Positions 25,818 through 39,379 of a stretch of 64,000 nt of DNA are shown here, piece after piece. Numbering within the stretch: position 1 is the first letter of the stretch; every line of letters begins with the position of its first letter. The translations under genes and the position numbers were made by a program. This DNA is from the human T2T-CHM13v2.0 reference genome, Homo sapiens. The DNA is taken from the NCBI RefSeq assembly GCF_009914755.1, contig NC_060929.1; one strand, given 5' to 3'. The notes below the pieces were generated by a model. That model saw only the letters and a list, made by a program, of their open reading frames with translations, had not been told where the DNA came from and did not search any database.

Positions 25818-28800
25818 TCAGAGGAAGGAAGGAAAACCTTTAGTTGGAGGGATTTAGGTTTCATAAAACAAGGACATTTGAGTTGAATTTGGAAAGATAG
25901 GTAGGATGTAGATGGGAAAATATATATGTATATATTTGTATACACACACACACACCCCACACACCTTCCTGTAATGGCAGGTTTGATGCAGTAAATAGCA
26001 TACTGAGTTGAGATTTGAAGACATGGATTCAAATGCTGGACTACCTTCTTGAATCGTTTAGGTATAACCTTGGAGAAACATCCCCTCCCCCAAGCTTATT
26101 TATAAAATGAAGCTCATGGTCTCTGAGAGTCCTTCTGGGGCTGTATTTCTATGCTGGCAGCATATGGAAAACACCAGAGATATATGATTAATAGAAGTTC
26201 TCTACCTTTGGCTAGCAAGAGGATCCCTAAACAAGCTAAGTGTCTAAGGAAAGCTCTAGACTTCCCTTCCACCAACTTGCACATTCAGGGCGCATTCTGT
26301 ATGCAAATGCTGAAGCATTATGCCTACTTTGGGGCCTCAGATGAATTCATTCAATATTTAACAAATATTTATGGAGTGCTTACTATTGTGAACAAAACTA
26401 GAAAGCAGCCCTGTGCTCATGGAGCTCACCAGCTAATAAAGGAGGCTGCCATTAGATGATCACATGAATGAGTGTATAGGTTGTAATAAACAATCTGAAA
26501 GAAAGGGCCATGATTCTATGAAAGCATATACAAAGGAACCAGCTCGTGCAGGAGGATGAATAGGTGCTTGAGCTGAGGACTGAAGGCTTTGGTGATGCAG
26601 TGATGGGAACAGGAGGAGTGTTTGAGAAGCTTCCTGGGCAGAGGCCTGGCCAGGCCTTGTAGGCTCTGTTATGGATTTTGATCTTTAGCTCAAACACTAA
26701 AGAACCCATGGAAGGGTTTTAAGCAGAGAAGTGCCGTGTTTAGATTTCTGTTTTCTCATCAGAAATCAGATGCTTGATAGTACTTTGCCAAATTCACATT
26801 TGCTGAAGACGTCTGGCTTGTGTTTCAATGGCCTTGTTTCTTTACTTCCATCTCCAGTTTGGGATGGAGTCTGGCAGATGGGCAGGAGGATGGGGACAGA
26901 GGCCAGGGGAAAGGGAAGCTGATGACTTGGTTTAGGGGTGCGTTGTCATGGTATGTGGCTCTCTGTGTGCCCATGGGCATTCCTGGAGATTGGAGGCTGA
27001 TCCAGTGCAGTGCCTGGAGAACTGGTGAGGCTGTGTGGAGGCAGGGATTCATTCAGAGTCCTCATTTATTTTAACAAGGAAGACATACATAGCACTGAAG
27101 CTCAGCCTCTGTTCCAATCAGACAACTCAGTGGTCTTCAAATTCACACTGCCATTTCCTTCACTTACACTTACAAACTGCTCCTTCCATACTGCTCTGCT
27201 GAAATTCTGTCCTTCTGGTCAGCCCTAGCTCTTATTTTACCTTCTTCACTGAGCCTTTTTTCTCTTTCATATTCACATGCTCTTCTGCCCTTCAGCTGTT
27301 TTTACCATCTCCCTAGCAATGGTCACGCTTATCCCCAGGTTTTACTCACCTTGTCACTTGAACACGTGTCTTACCTGCCCAACTGGACTAAGCAATGTGA
27401 GGTCAATGACCTTGTTTACTTTAGCTTCCCATCACAGTCTCCACCACAGTATAGTGTTCAGTGGTGCTAGATGAATGAAAGAATAGATGGCAGTGACAAG
27501 AATAAGCCTGAATCATTGCTGCTTAGGGTAATGCTTTTGATATTATGAGTTTTGAGAGTTCCAACAGGCTGTGCTGTAAATACCTATGGATGGTTATTAC
27601 TGTGTAGCTCCAAAGTTATGGGGGTGAAAATCAGGTGTAAGTCCAATTGAAAGCTCATTTTAGCTCCCGCTGGACTATTGTCATGAGGGGTCCTAAATAA
27701 GGTATAAGGTTCCATCTTCTAAATAAAGAATTTCTGATTCAAGCCCTGGGTTTGCCATTGATGTATGAGCCTTGTATGCATCTTACGACTTTGGTGTGTC
27801 CCAGCCTGCTGTCCAGAAAGCACAGGGGAGCCCAGGGCCATGGGAGGTCCAGGTTGAGGAGGCAGGCAAAACTGGGGCAAATGAGGCAGTTGGAGGCTAA
27901 TGAAATTGATACCCTATGGTTAGGCGTGTTTCCATGTGTTCATTGTTTGGAACCTCTAGGATGAAAGTAAAGTTTGAGAATAGCCTTTAGTCTGTCTACA
28001 AAAGTAATATATACATTACAGAAAGCTATAGGAACAGAGACAGCAAACACAATAAAACTTGTATAATTATAGTACTAAGGATACATTTTCCATCCTTTTT
28101 TGAACCTAACAATTTAAACATTAATAGATTTATCTTACTGTCTTATAACATGATTTTTTGCATATTACAACCTTTAGGCTACTTTTATTATTGCACATTC
28201 ATTTTTAATGGTTTCATAAAAGCCCACTGTACATATGTACCCTAATTTATTTAAGCTGTCTCCTTTTATGGGATATCTAGTTTATTTCCCTTTTTTTCTT
28301 AAAAACAGTGCTGTGATATTTCTCTCAATAAAATTTTAATCATTTGTACATATTTTGTTGTGATTTTAAGGGAACTATAAACCCAGTAGAACAATTTCCA
28401 ATGAAATTGAATAAAATTTCTAGTATGTGCAGAACTTGAGATAACTTGTTTAATGTGAGTTCTGACATTGACTTGCTGTGTAACCTTGAAAAGCTTTTAT
28501 ATCCAGTTTAGTTTCCAGATGTATAATATGGGGTGCTAATACCTGATTCTCAAACTTATTAGAACAGGCAAGTGCCATTATTTGTATGAAAGAGCTTTGA
28601 AAAATCAAACATGCTAGGCAAACGCAGGGTAATATAATTAACCAGGCTTCTTATCTATTAGCATAAATGCACATAAGTAAAATGTAACTAATTAATTTTT
28701 AGTGTTTTCCTAGGAAGGTGTTCATTACCCATAAATGAATCTATTTTATGGATAGGGAAAATTGAAATCTTAAGGCTAAGTTTATCCAAGATCTAAATAT

Positions 28801-28944
28801 ATAGCTATGCTAAGTCTGAAAGCATTTCTTTTCATTTATGATTCAATCCATGAAAATGGACGAAATATGTGGATCATAAGAGTTTCTTTGGCTTAAGAAA
28901 TTATTGTTTATAGAAATAAGGGGGAAAGCCCATTTGAGCAGTAA

Positions 28945-29640
28945 GCAGTCAGGACTGTTTGTGGCAAGTGACAGAAACCCAACTAACTGGATAGTTTTAA
29001 CTTCAGGTATAGCCAAATTCAAGGGCTTGATTGATGTCATCAGGACTGAGACATGCCCTCTAGATTTTTATGCTTAGCTTTTCTCTAAACTGGCTTTACT
29101 CTCAGGCATAGATATGTCATATATCAGATCCCAGCACTGGCAGCCTTCACCTGCCCAGCTACAAGTCCAGTGGAAAGGAAACTTCTCTTTTCTCATCAGT
29201 TCCACAAAAGTCCTGGGCCTGATGTCATTGGATAAAACTTAGGACACATGCTCATTTCTGAATATGACACAGTGGCCAGGATATTGTAGTCTTTTGCTTG
29301 ACATGGGCCTAGTGAAATCATCATTTTTAGAGCTTGGGGTAGTGAGAAGAACCAAAAGATTGTGGATTTAAGCCAGCCCACCAAAACCATACGGACATGG
29401 GGGAGGAATAATTCCCTCAAAGGGAATCAGGATGCTATTACCAAAAGAATGGAGATTGAATGCTTGAGAGGCAAAATAGATATATATATATATTTTTGTC
29501 TATTAAGCATATATATATATACACTATCTATATATAGATGTAAATGTATTTATTGTCTATTTTATGTATTTATTGTAAATAAATACATTTACTCTCTCTA
29601 TATATATATTCTATCTATATATAGATGTCCCCCATTGCAC
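28945..29640 (-). mobile_element. MLT1 (ERVL-MaLR) LTR, old K/L-like subfamily, with an AT-rich insertion at about 29477-29625
   Basis: 'cagtcaggactgtttgtggcaagtgacagaaacccaact...gggaatcaggatgctattaccaaaagaatgg...[TA-rich]...gatgtcccccattgcaca'. Confidence 0.7.
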
Positions 29641-30460
29641 ATCTTTTCAGAAAAGAAAATTCAGACAGGCTGGAGCTGAACCAATGCAGACAAAAAGTCA
29701 ACATGCTAAAGTCAGAAGAGCCACCAATGAGACAAGCACATACAAGGGATTCTGGTGGGTAAGTCAAGATCAGAAGTCAGGACAGGCAAAAGGTCTGAAA
29801 TTCAGGCTTCTGAGTTAATCAAAGCTGTAGGGGTCTTTGGTAATCCTTGTCCAGCCACGAGCAAACCTGTGTTCACAGAACAGTTAGAAAGTGCTAGCCA
29901 TTCACCCACATAGAAGCGACTGGGAGGTGGTCTCTCCAGGCCACTCTGATAATAAGTTGAGGTTGTCGGCTGTAAAATGTTTGGTGATCCTGAGGCACCA
30001 ATACTCTGTCCCAGTGACCAGGACATTTCCTGCTCTACTCAAACACTCAAGCTATTGTGCACAAACTCTTTAACAGTCCCAGTTGGAATCTTGGCTGCAA
30101 ATCTGATGAGCCCACACCACCAGATGGTAGGTTCTCCTAATTGGTTCCATCCCCTCTAGTTTTTGGCAGGAACGAAACCTTCCCTATACCTGAAGAGGGG
30201 ACAGGGAGAGCCAGGATCAAATGAAGGAGGCTTTAACCTCTGTTAAACAAGCAGAGATCTCAAGCTGGCTCCTGTCCAAGGCAAACAGGGCAGTATGGTT
30301 CTTTTACATAGGTCATGGATTTACAGGGGACTGATATCCTAAGACTAACACTGATGAGGCACAAGACTGTAATGATTGAAAAGTGGTTTAGCTACAAAGG
30401 TCAACTGATTTGGGGGAAGGTGCACTTGTTTATTCAATAATTGATATTTGTGGAGCATCG

Positions 30461-30826
30461 TGGTAGATGAGATTATTATTTGGCAATTATTTCTCTCTCC
30501 CTCAAACTCCTTGGGAAAAAAATATAACTTCCTGCTTCATTAATGTCACATTTGGTCATTTGACATGCTCTGGCAACTTAGATATTAGTAGATATGTTTG
30601 AAGCAGAGATTATGAGAAGAACATGCCCCAGAGAGCCTGCTCGTCTCATAGGAAAGGTAAATACAGTAAGTAGAAGTGTCCCAGTCAACCCACAGCCCAC
30701 AGACTAAAGTTTGAAGCAGAGCTATCCCAGCTGACCTGAAAATCTGTGAGCATTGTAGGAAATGCTCAATGTTATATACCACTGAAATTGGAAATGGTTT
30801 GTTTTGCAGCAATAGCTGGCCAATAG
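30461..30826 (+). mobile_element. MLT1 LTR inserted in an antisense L2
   Basis: Ends 'ccactgaaattggaaatggtttgttttgcagcaatagctggccaataga', and L2-like sequence resumes on both sides. Confidence 0.7.
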
Positions 30827-31473
30827 AAGCAACCAGCGTGTGTTCCACACTTTGCTAGGCACTGAGGGAACATTGGAAATGACAGACATAGTCCTGGTCT
30901 CCATGGAGCACTATTGTAGCTAGGAAGATAGACAATGAATACATTTACAAATAAAATATATAGAGAGAGATCATTACTAGGGTCATAAAGAAAATAGGAT
31001 GTAGTGACATCACCACTATGGTAGAGAAGAACACCTTTAAAGTAAGTGGTCAAAGAAGGCATTTCAAAGGAGGTGACTTCTGAGCTCAGATATAAAAGTT
31101 GGAAGAGAGCCAAATGAGAGTAAATTCCCCTGTGGAATGTCGAAATCCAGCCCCATGGGCAACTTGGATTGAGAATCTTGGTCTAGGCAGAGGAGAATGA
31201 GGTGCCCTGGAAAAATCTCCTGCAAACTAGGTCACTCACTTGTCTTAGGGCAGATACTAGCTTCTCTCTACCACATCACATGTGCAAGTCAAGGGCTGGC
31301 AGATCACTTGCTGCCAAGACTAGATGGTCTCAGGCATTGGAAGCCACTGAGCATAGCAAGGCAGAGAGGGGGAGGTATGCTAGGGCATTCCTAACCATGA
31401 GGTGATGGAATTGGCTATACTTCTTGGCTTGGCTCCAGAATACTCAAGAGTTGTTGCTTATTAGGATGGCAAG

Positions 31474-31477
<4 letters not shown>

Positions 31478-31521
<44 letters not shown>
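31478..31521. repeat. (GT)22 microsatellite
   Basis: Directly visible perfect run. Confidence 0.97.
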
Positions 31522-31522
<1 letters not shown>

Positions 31523-31970
31523 CATACATATATTCATTCTTTCACAGAGGAGGAAAATGAACTAGATGGCTTCTAGATCCCTTTCCAAGTGTGTGATTAT
31601 AAAAAGGATGCTGAGATTTAAATTATGTGTGAAGGAAATGTTAAATTGAAGAACTTCATCTTAGCTCTGTGCCAAGCTCCATTTGTTAATTGAGGTGGTT
31701 AATTAGAAAGGAGTCTCCCTTGAGCAAGCAGGATAAGCTCCAGCATCCCTAATCTATCTGGTAAAGGCTATAGAGGTGTCACACCTACAAGGGAGAACAA
31801 AGAACATCTAATGCAAGCCCTCTGTTTAATCTTCACTCCAGACACTGAAAAGCAAGAATGTTGGGGGACAGGAAGCTCACAGCGCCCGCATGGAATTTAG
31901 ACTCCAAGTAGTTTATTAGCTTTGGGAAAATTATTTAACTTACACTGCACTTACTAGCTCTTCTTCCTTA

Positions 31971-32387
<417 letters not shown>

Positions 32388-33374
32388 TTATGTCTTTGTT
32401 TCTTGCAGCCTAGGGCTGATGGAAGTCTTCACACCCCTTCCAAGAACCCCCACAAACATTCCACCACCCCCACATACCCCTGCAAGAATGAAGCTTTCTG
32501 GGGCTATGTTCTCCTCAACACCACCACAGGGGTCCTCTCTCACTCCTTCTGCTCCTTTTTTCTCACTAGCGTCTACCCTTTCCCCAGGATTCCAGCCTAT
32601 ACATTCTGAGTTCAACATATCAAAACCAGAACTTGGCATCCTTCCTGCCAAACTCATTGCTCTTTTCTCACTTTATTTCTGTTCAATCATTCAGCCTTAA
32701 AATGTGGGTGTCTGGTTTCAACTTCTCCATATAATCAATATTATGTGTTGATTTCACCACCACTATGACTCGAGTCTATCCCCATTTTCTTCTTTTCCCA
32801 CTGGATTATGGCTTTTGCCTTCTGACTGTCATCTTCATGATATAATCCACTTACAGGTGGCGGATCAATTTATTGAAGACTATTTCTGATCATCAAGCTT
32901 CTTGTCTCAAAAAAATATCAGTGGCTTCCCATCTTATTTTAAGTTCAAACTCAGACTAAAATATGAGTCTCTCCATAATGGGTCTCTGCCTGCCTTCCTT
33001 TTGAGACTTACCTAAACCCTACACTCTATGTTCCAGCCAAACTAGACTACCTAGTGTTGCCACAAACATGCCTCTCAGTCTTTCACTGCTTTGGTCATAC
33101 TACTGATTCCATCTGAAATAGTCTCTACCACATTGAGCACCCACTCTCTACTAAACCCTGGAGATACCGCAGAAAACAAAACCAGCAAACTCCCTGTACC
33201 CTTGGGGTTTACGTCCTGGGAAACAAATACATATAATGATTTCAAATACTAGTTAAATGATACAAACATAGCCAAATAGAGTCATGGGACAGAGAGTGAG
33301 CTGTAGTGCTACATTAGATGGGTGGTCAGGGAGGACAGGCATCACCTGAAGAGATGATATTTTAACTGAGCCTT

Positions 33375-33585
33375 GTTGCAATCCATAGAACTTTCTGCAG
33401 TGTTGGGAGACATTCTATATCTGTGCTGTCTAATATGTAGGCACTAGCAACATCTGCCCCTATTACACATTAGAAATGTAGTGAGCATGACTGAGGAACC
33501 AAATCTTTCATGTAATTTAATTTTTATTAATTGTAATTTAAAAAGTCACATGTGGCTAGTGACTGTCATATTAGACAGTGCTAAT
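33375..33585. mobile_element. MER3-like hAT-Charlie element
   Basis: 'tagaactttctgcagtg...tctatatctgtgctgtctaatatg...cacatgtggctagtgactgtcatattagacagtg'. Confidence 0.75.
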
Positions 33586-33878
33586 CTAGATTCTAGAATA
33601 TTTCAGACAAGAAAAAAAAAACAGTAAGCATAAAGGCTTTAAATGAGAGTGAGTGTATATTCAAAGAACAGAAAGAAGGCCAGTGGAGCTAAAGCATGCT
33701 GAGGAAAGAGACAGGGTATTTTGTAAGTCATGATAAGGAATTGACATGGAGTTTAAATGCAATAAAATCACTAATGGATTTTAAGCTTGGGAGTGTAGTG
33801 ATCTGATTTAATTTTCAAAAGATTACTGTGGCTCCTCTGTGGAGGAAGGAGAAGTGATAAATTGACATGAAAACAGTA

Positions 33879-34339
33879 TGTGTCAGTCAGTTTTTGCTGC
33901 ATAACAAATAACATCAAAATCTCAGTGGTTTATAACAAAAGCTTTTTTAAAAAACAATCACATCTGCAGGTTGCAGGCTGCAGTCTGTAGGTCAACCATG
34001 ATTCTGATTACACTGTAGGATAGGTTAAGGCTAAACTCCAGGAGGGTTCAGGTCTGCCCGATGTGTCTTTGTTTGGGTATTGAGGGTCAAGGGGCAGCAG
34101 CTACAAAAAGACCTGCTCTCCTTTTCCAGGAGCACAAGAGGCTAAGCTTTATCATGCAAATATATTTAAAGCTTCTGCTCATGTCATGTTCTCTAATATT
34201 CCATTGGTTCAAGCAAGGTATGCAGCTAAACCTAATGCTCATGGGGCAGAAAACACACTCTGTCTTCTAAAAGGAATTACAAAGTCATATGACAAAAGGC
34301 ATAGATGTGTAATTTTATAACAATATCCAATGTAACACA
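33879..34339 (-). mobile_element. MLT1 LTR nested in L2
   Basis: 'tgtcagtcagtttttgctgcataacaaataacatcaaaatctcagtggtttataacaa...ccattggttcaagcaagg...taacaca'. Confidence 0.75.
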
Positions 34340-34759
34340 GAGGGGACTGGGGAGGTTCCTACAATAGTCTGGATGACAGATGGTGGTGGCTTGGAAAAGG
34401 TGTTAGTAGAAGAGATGAAAGAGGTAAGATTCATAAAGTATTTTGAAGAAAGTATGCACAGGATTTAGTGAGAGAATGAAAGTAAAGTATGGGGTAAAGA
34501 AAACAGACCATTTTCCAAAGTGCTTCTCAGATGCTACCACAGCCCTGTGAAGCTGCTTCTCCCTCCCTCAATTGCAGCTGATTTCCTTTTCTCTTATCTC
34601 ACTGGCTCTCTTTTTTGTGCTGCTTTTATTGGCCCATTTCAACTTTCTACCTTCTGTTCTTGAGAGGTTTTATCTATTGTTAAGACTCTGAGGTTTTGAG
34701 GGCAAGAGAATAAAATTATTTGTATTTGCAACCCAACTGCCTAGGGAATAGGCTCAATA

Positions 34760-34995
34760 AATATTTCCAGGGCAATACAATGGTTAAGAGCAAGGACTTT
34801 GGAGATATCATCCTCATTTTGGATCTTGTGTGATCTTTATAATTGACTTAACCTCTCAAAGCCTTGGTTTTTATTTATAAAGTGGCAGTAATCATACACT
34901 CCTTTTACAGTTGTGCAGATTGAAGGAGATCAACTTGGAAAGTGCTTAGCATAAGGCCTGGCATAGAGTAAGTACCCGATAAATGAGAGCTATTA
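34760..34995 (+). mobile_element. MIR SINE
   Basis: 'aatggttaagagcaaggactttggag...acttaacctctc...aagtgcttagcataaggcctggcatagagtaagt'. Confidence 0.8.
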
Positions 34996-36260
34996 TTGTT
35001 TGTTCAATTTAATTGTTTGTGATGACAAGCTTCTTTGGAAATGCCCTCCAGAGTCTTCATCAGAAAATTCAATGTTCTTGTTGAAATGAGGGGCACAGAG
35101 AATAAAAACACTCTGGATGGGATTTTGTAATTTAGTAAGGAGATCTCTAGATCTAAAGTCTCTTTGATCTGAAAATGACAGCAACAACAAAACCCCAAAA
35201 TAGAGCCACTTTGCTACTTGTTTCCTTTTACCATCTGCCAAGATGGTTCTTTTTAGTTCTCGAGGTCTTGCTTGGAGTCAGCTGCCTTAAAATAATAAAA
35301 TAAAATTTAAATCTGGTCCTGCACTTATTTGGGAGCGAGAAGACAAACTGCTTTAACTAAATATATAGCTAGTTGCTGCTGGAGTGAAATATAGGGCAAT
35401 GTTGACTAAAGTGTTTGAGGAATGAACTGCTCTGGGAAAGTGAATTTTAGGATAAAACTGAGGATTAATCAGAACCTGACTTTTTTTTTGGTAACATTTG
35501 TAATTGAGACAGTTTCCGACATGTACTTTTCAAGCTTTCTTGCCTTAGTGAGATGACTTTGTTGATCCTAGTTTAAAGTTGCCTTGATCATAAGTATCCT
35601 GTAAATCCAGCGGGCATTGTGAACAGAGATTGTCTGCGATTGCAGATGAGAACAGAAAGGTTGGGGGTGAAATCGCTGAAAAAGAGTGCATGAAAGAGGT
35701 GAAAAGTTAACATGATGAGTTTGGATATCTGCAGGAGGGTTTCTCCGGAGCTCTGCAAGATACATTTGGAAAAATAGGCTGGGTTCAGACTAGAGAAGGC
35801 TTTGAAGGTCAGGAATAAGTATTTGAGAGACAAAATAATATGTTTAAGTTGCATTGTTGATATTCCAAAGGTCTTGTTTATAAGCAAATAAAGGATGATT
35901 TTATTTAGCAAGTACTAGAATAATCCTCAGCAAACATAAAGTTACCTGACATCAAATGATGCAGAATATCCACATTTCTACACAATGAACTCTACAGGGT
36001 TCATTTTTAAAGTGTTTTAGGAGCTCATTTAGTCAGTGCTTCCCATTAGAACTGTGATGTTCTGAGGATATTAATAGGTTATTTGGGGAGCATTGGGGGT
36101 GATGAGGGAAGGTTGCATGGTTATAAATTTAGTCATGCTGATTAAGCAAAGTATAAGGGGTGCTGTGTTTTAGGATTTTGAAGACCCTTTAAAATGCTAA
36201 TGTGTCTTGTTAATTTCTAAAAAAGAGGATACAGTATGTATTTTCCAAACTTAGTCCCTC

Positions 36261-36748
36261 TGTAGCCCACAGAACAGGCGGGTCTGATTGCTTGGTGAGT
36301 GACAGATCAATGACCACAACCAAGGAGTATTTTAAAAAGGGATTTTATTACTTGCAACAAGTAAGGATGGCTGACACTGAGCATAGTTCCCAAAGCAGTG
36401 CCTCCCCAAATAAAGGTGAACCCAGGGCTTTTATTGACCTGGTTGGCTGAATCATTGTATGTAGAGGTGAAGTAAAGGCAGTGCAGGTGCAGGTGCAGTC
36501 ACAGATCATGCTTTTATACTTGTGGCATGTATAGGAAATGTTGAATAAGCTCATCTCTGGATGGGGATTTTAGTACGTTAATAAAGGGAGTTCACCAAAG
36601 TTCATCTCCAACTCAGGCATCTCAACCAGTTTTTGTTTTTTGGGCTTCTTCCTGGAATTTTTTTTGAAACAAGAACTCAAGGTGCAACAGTTACAAGTGT
36701 GTAATTTCTCATTGTGTGTACCCAACAATCTGGGGACCCTGAGTTATA
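36261..36748 (-). mobile_element. Solo ERV1-class LTR (tentatively MER67-like)
   Basis: About 490 bp with ends 'tgtagc...' and '...gagttata' (degenerate TG..CA), a near 4-bp TSD cctc/actc, and a minus-strand AATAAA ('ttttatta'). Confidence 0.65.
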
Positions 36749-37956
36749 ACTCTTTTTGCTGAATTTGTGAATAATGTCTTGTGATGTTTAATCCTGTTTT
36801 ACATATGGTGAAACTAAGGCTGAGAGCATACACAGGGATTTATCTGCAGTCAGGTAGCAGCCAGGTCACGATGCTAACACAGAACTTTTGACCGTCACCC
36901 AAGGCCTCCTACTCTTCCAGGCTCCCTGTCAATTTTTGGAGCCAGTCCTCTAAACAGTTTTACCCAGAACAAGGAATTGCCGGTGATTTCAGAAAGAACT
37001 GGCAGACTCGGGGGAGGCACTTGCCAAATTGGCTCAGGCTGGCCTTGCTGCCATGCTTCTTTTCCTCGTTCCTGCGAAGCCAGTTCTAGGTAACCTACCT
37101 GCAGATGTCTACCCTGAAATAACACCCAGCCTCTGTTACACTGCTGTTACACACAAACAAACAAAGCAAATCTGCTGCAAAAAGAGGCAGGTTGAAATAA
37201 ATTATTTTTAGTGCAACATATAACGTCAATGTCAAAAATACGAAAGAGGCAGGTTGCATAGGGAGGCTGAGGAGGAGATGCTGAGATTCAGTGTGGAAGG
37301 TGACAAGATAAGAGGAGGAAAGTTTGCCCTGGCCCTGAGGCAGCAAAATTAATTTTGCCCCAGGCCTTTAACTGAGGGAACCAAATCTATTTATTACAGA
37401 AATTATAAAGAGATTTGGTGACTGACCCCACTTTACCTTGAGTGATTGGACTTTACACGCAGGTAATAGGAATAATAGTGTCATATTTATAGAGCATGTT
37501 CAGGTGGTTGAGGATATGGAAAGCCTTTCCAGTAAGGAATGGTTGGAGGCTCTGAGAAGGAAAAACTTAGACTTGGATTTCATCATCAAACTTCTAAACA
37601 AACATATTTGGAAAGGTACTGCATTTTCTATGGCCCAAGAGGCCAAAACACAGACAAGTGAGTACAACATTTGGTCTGGCAGATTTTGACTCCACACGAC
37701 AGAGCCCATTCTAAGTGTGTGGACTGGCTAGCAGTGGCGAGGGTTCCCTTTCTCTAGTCTGCAAACCTCCCAATCAACATGGCTGTTAGAAACCTGGTCC
37801 TTTTGCAGAATTGCTTTACCACTTCTACCTTGATGACCCAGTGCCTGTGATACCACCGTTAGAAAGTCATCTAATTGCGTTTAAACTTGTTCTCTCCAGC
37901 ATCCGTTGAATAGCAAAGACAAATCCTTCTGACCATAGTTCTAATTCTGTGGGCTG

Positions 37957-38308
37957 GCACTATGGATTTAATTGTGCCCTCCCAAAATCCGTTTGTTAAA
38001 GCCCTAACCTCCAGCATGATGGTAGTGGGTTTAGCTGTCGTCATGAGGATGTCATCCTCATAATGGATTAATACTCTATAAGAGACACCAGAATACTTGC
38101 TCTTTCTCTTTTTCTGTGCACATGCACCAAAGTAAGGTCATGAGAACACACAGCAAGATGGCGGCCATTGGCAAGTCAGGAAGAGAACCTCACCATAGTG
38201 GCACCATGATCTCGCACTTCCAGTTTCCAGAACTGTGAAAAAAGAAATTTTTGTTGTTTAAGTCACCATTCCATAGTATTTGGTTATGGCATCCTGAGCT
38301 GACTAACA
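37957..38308 (+). mobile_element. MLT1A-like MaLR solo LTR
   Basis: 'ctatggatttaattgtgccctcccaaaatcc...ttccagaactgtga...aaatttttgttgtttaagtcacc...gttatggcatcctgagctgactaacac'. Confidence 0.85.
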
Positions 38309-39379
38309 CCACTGGTAATTAAGGTGTTTCTTCCATGAAAAATGAAATGATGGTCAATAGGAAGCAAACAGAAGCTTAAGCAGAAGGGCAGAAAGGAGTG
38401 AATTTGGGAACCAGAGGGAGTCCTATAGAGACTAGACCTGGGATTTTGACAGTTCTGCTGAGGGCTGGCCCTGTGCCCAGCCTCCTTCCACTTCTCTTCA
38501 TCTCACTAGACCAAGAAAATATGCACATCTGTTATCCACAAATACTCTGAATTCCCCCGCCAACGCAGATCCCCGGGAAAACCTAACACAAGCAGAACAG
38601 TGGAGGAGATGCACGGGGTATTTGGTGTTTCTCAGGAAAAAGGCTTGATTTTTTGACACCCTCTATCTTGGTCTCTTAATTTGTCCTGAGTCAGTGAGCC
38701 ACAGTGAAGTCCAGAGAAAAAAATGGAAATAGGAGAATCGGGCTTAAACCTCAGTTTTGTCGCTGATTAACCTGTGATCTTGGGCAACCCACTGATCTGT
38801 TCTTTGTTTCAGTTTCCCTCCATGACCCTGAGTACTTTAATAGCCTCTATTCTCCCATGTATCTCTGTTGAACAGATCATAAAGAGTAGTGATTATGAAT
38901 CCAGACTTTACTGTTACTGTCAAATATCACATTAATTTCCTCAGCCACTTTACACCTGTGCAACCTGAGGCAAAATTTTGTAATATCTCTATGTTTCAGT
39001 TTTTATAGCTGTCAAATGGGGTTAATAACAATCCCTATCACAAGCAGTCTTTACAGGCATGGAATGAAAAATTGCTTGTGAAATGCTGAGTGTAAGGCCT
39101 ATTATATTCAGTAACTATTACCTCTATTTTGGTTCAACACCATTTTGCAGTCTCCCCCAAACACCCTGCTGCAACACACCTCTAAGCCTTGGCTATGCTG
39201 GCCTAAAAAACTTCTAGACACCCTTGATGACCCAAATGAAAATCTTCTGAACCCAAGGAATGCTTTCCTGGCTGTGTAGGTGGCAAGCATCACACTCTCA
39301 AGGGAGTAAAACTGTGCCTTTCTGCAACCATTATTGCCCATAACCCATCATGTTGTGATGCGTTTTTTACAAGATTGTC

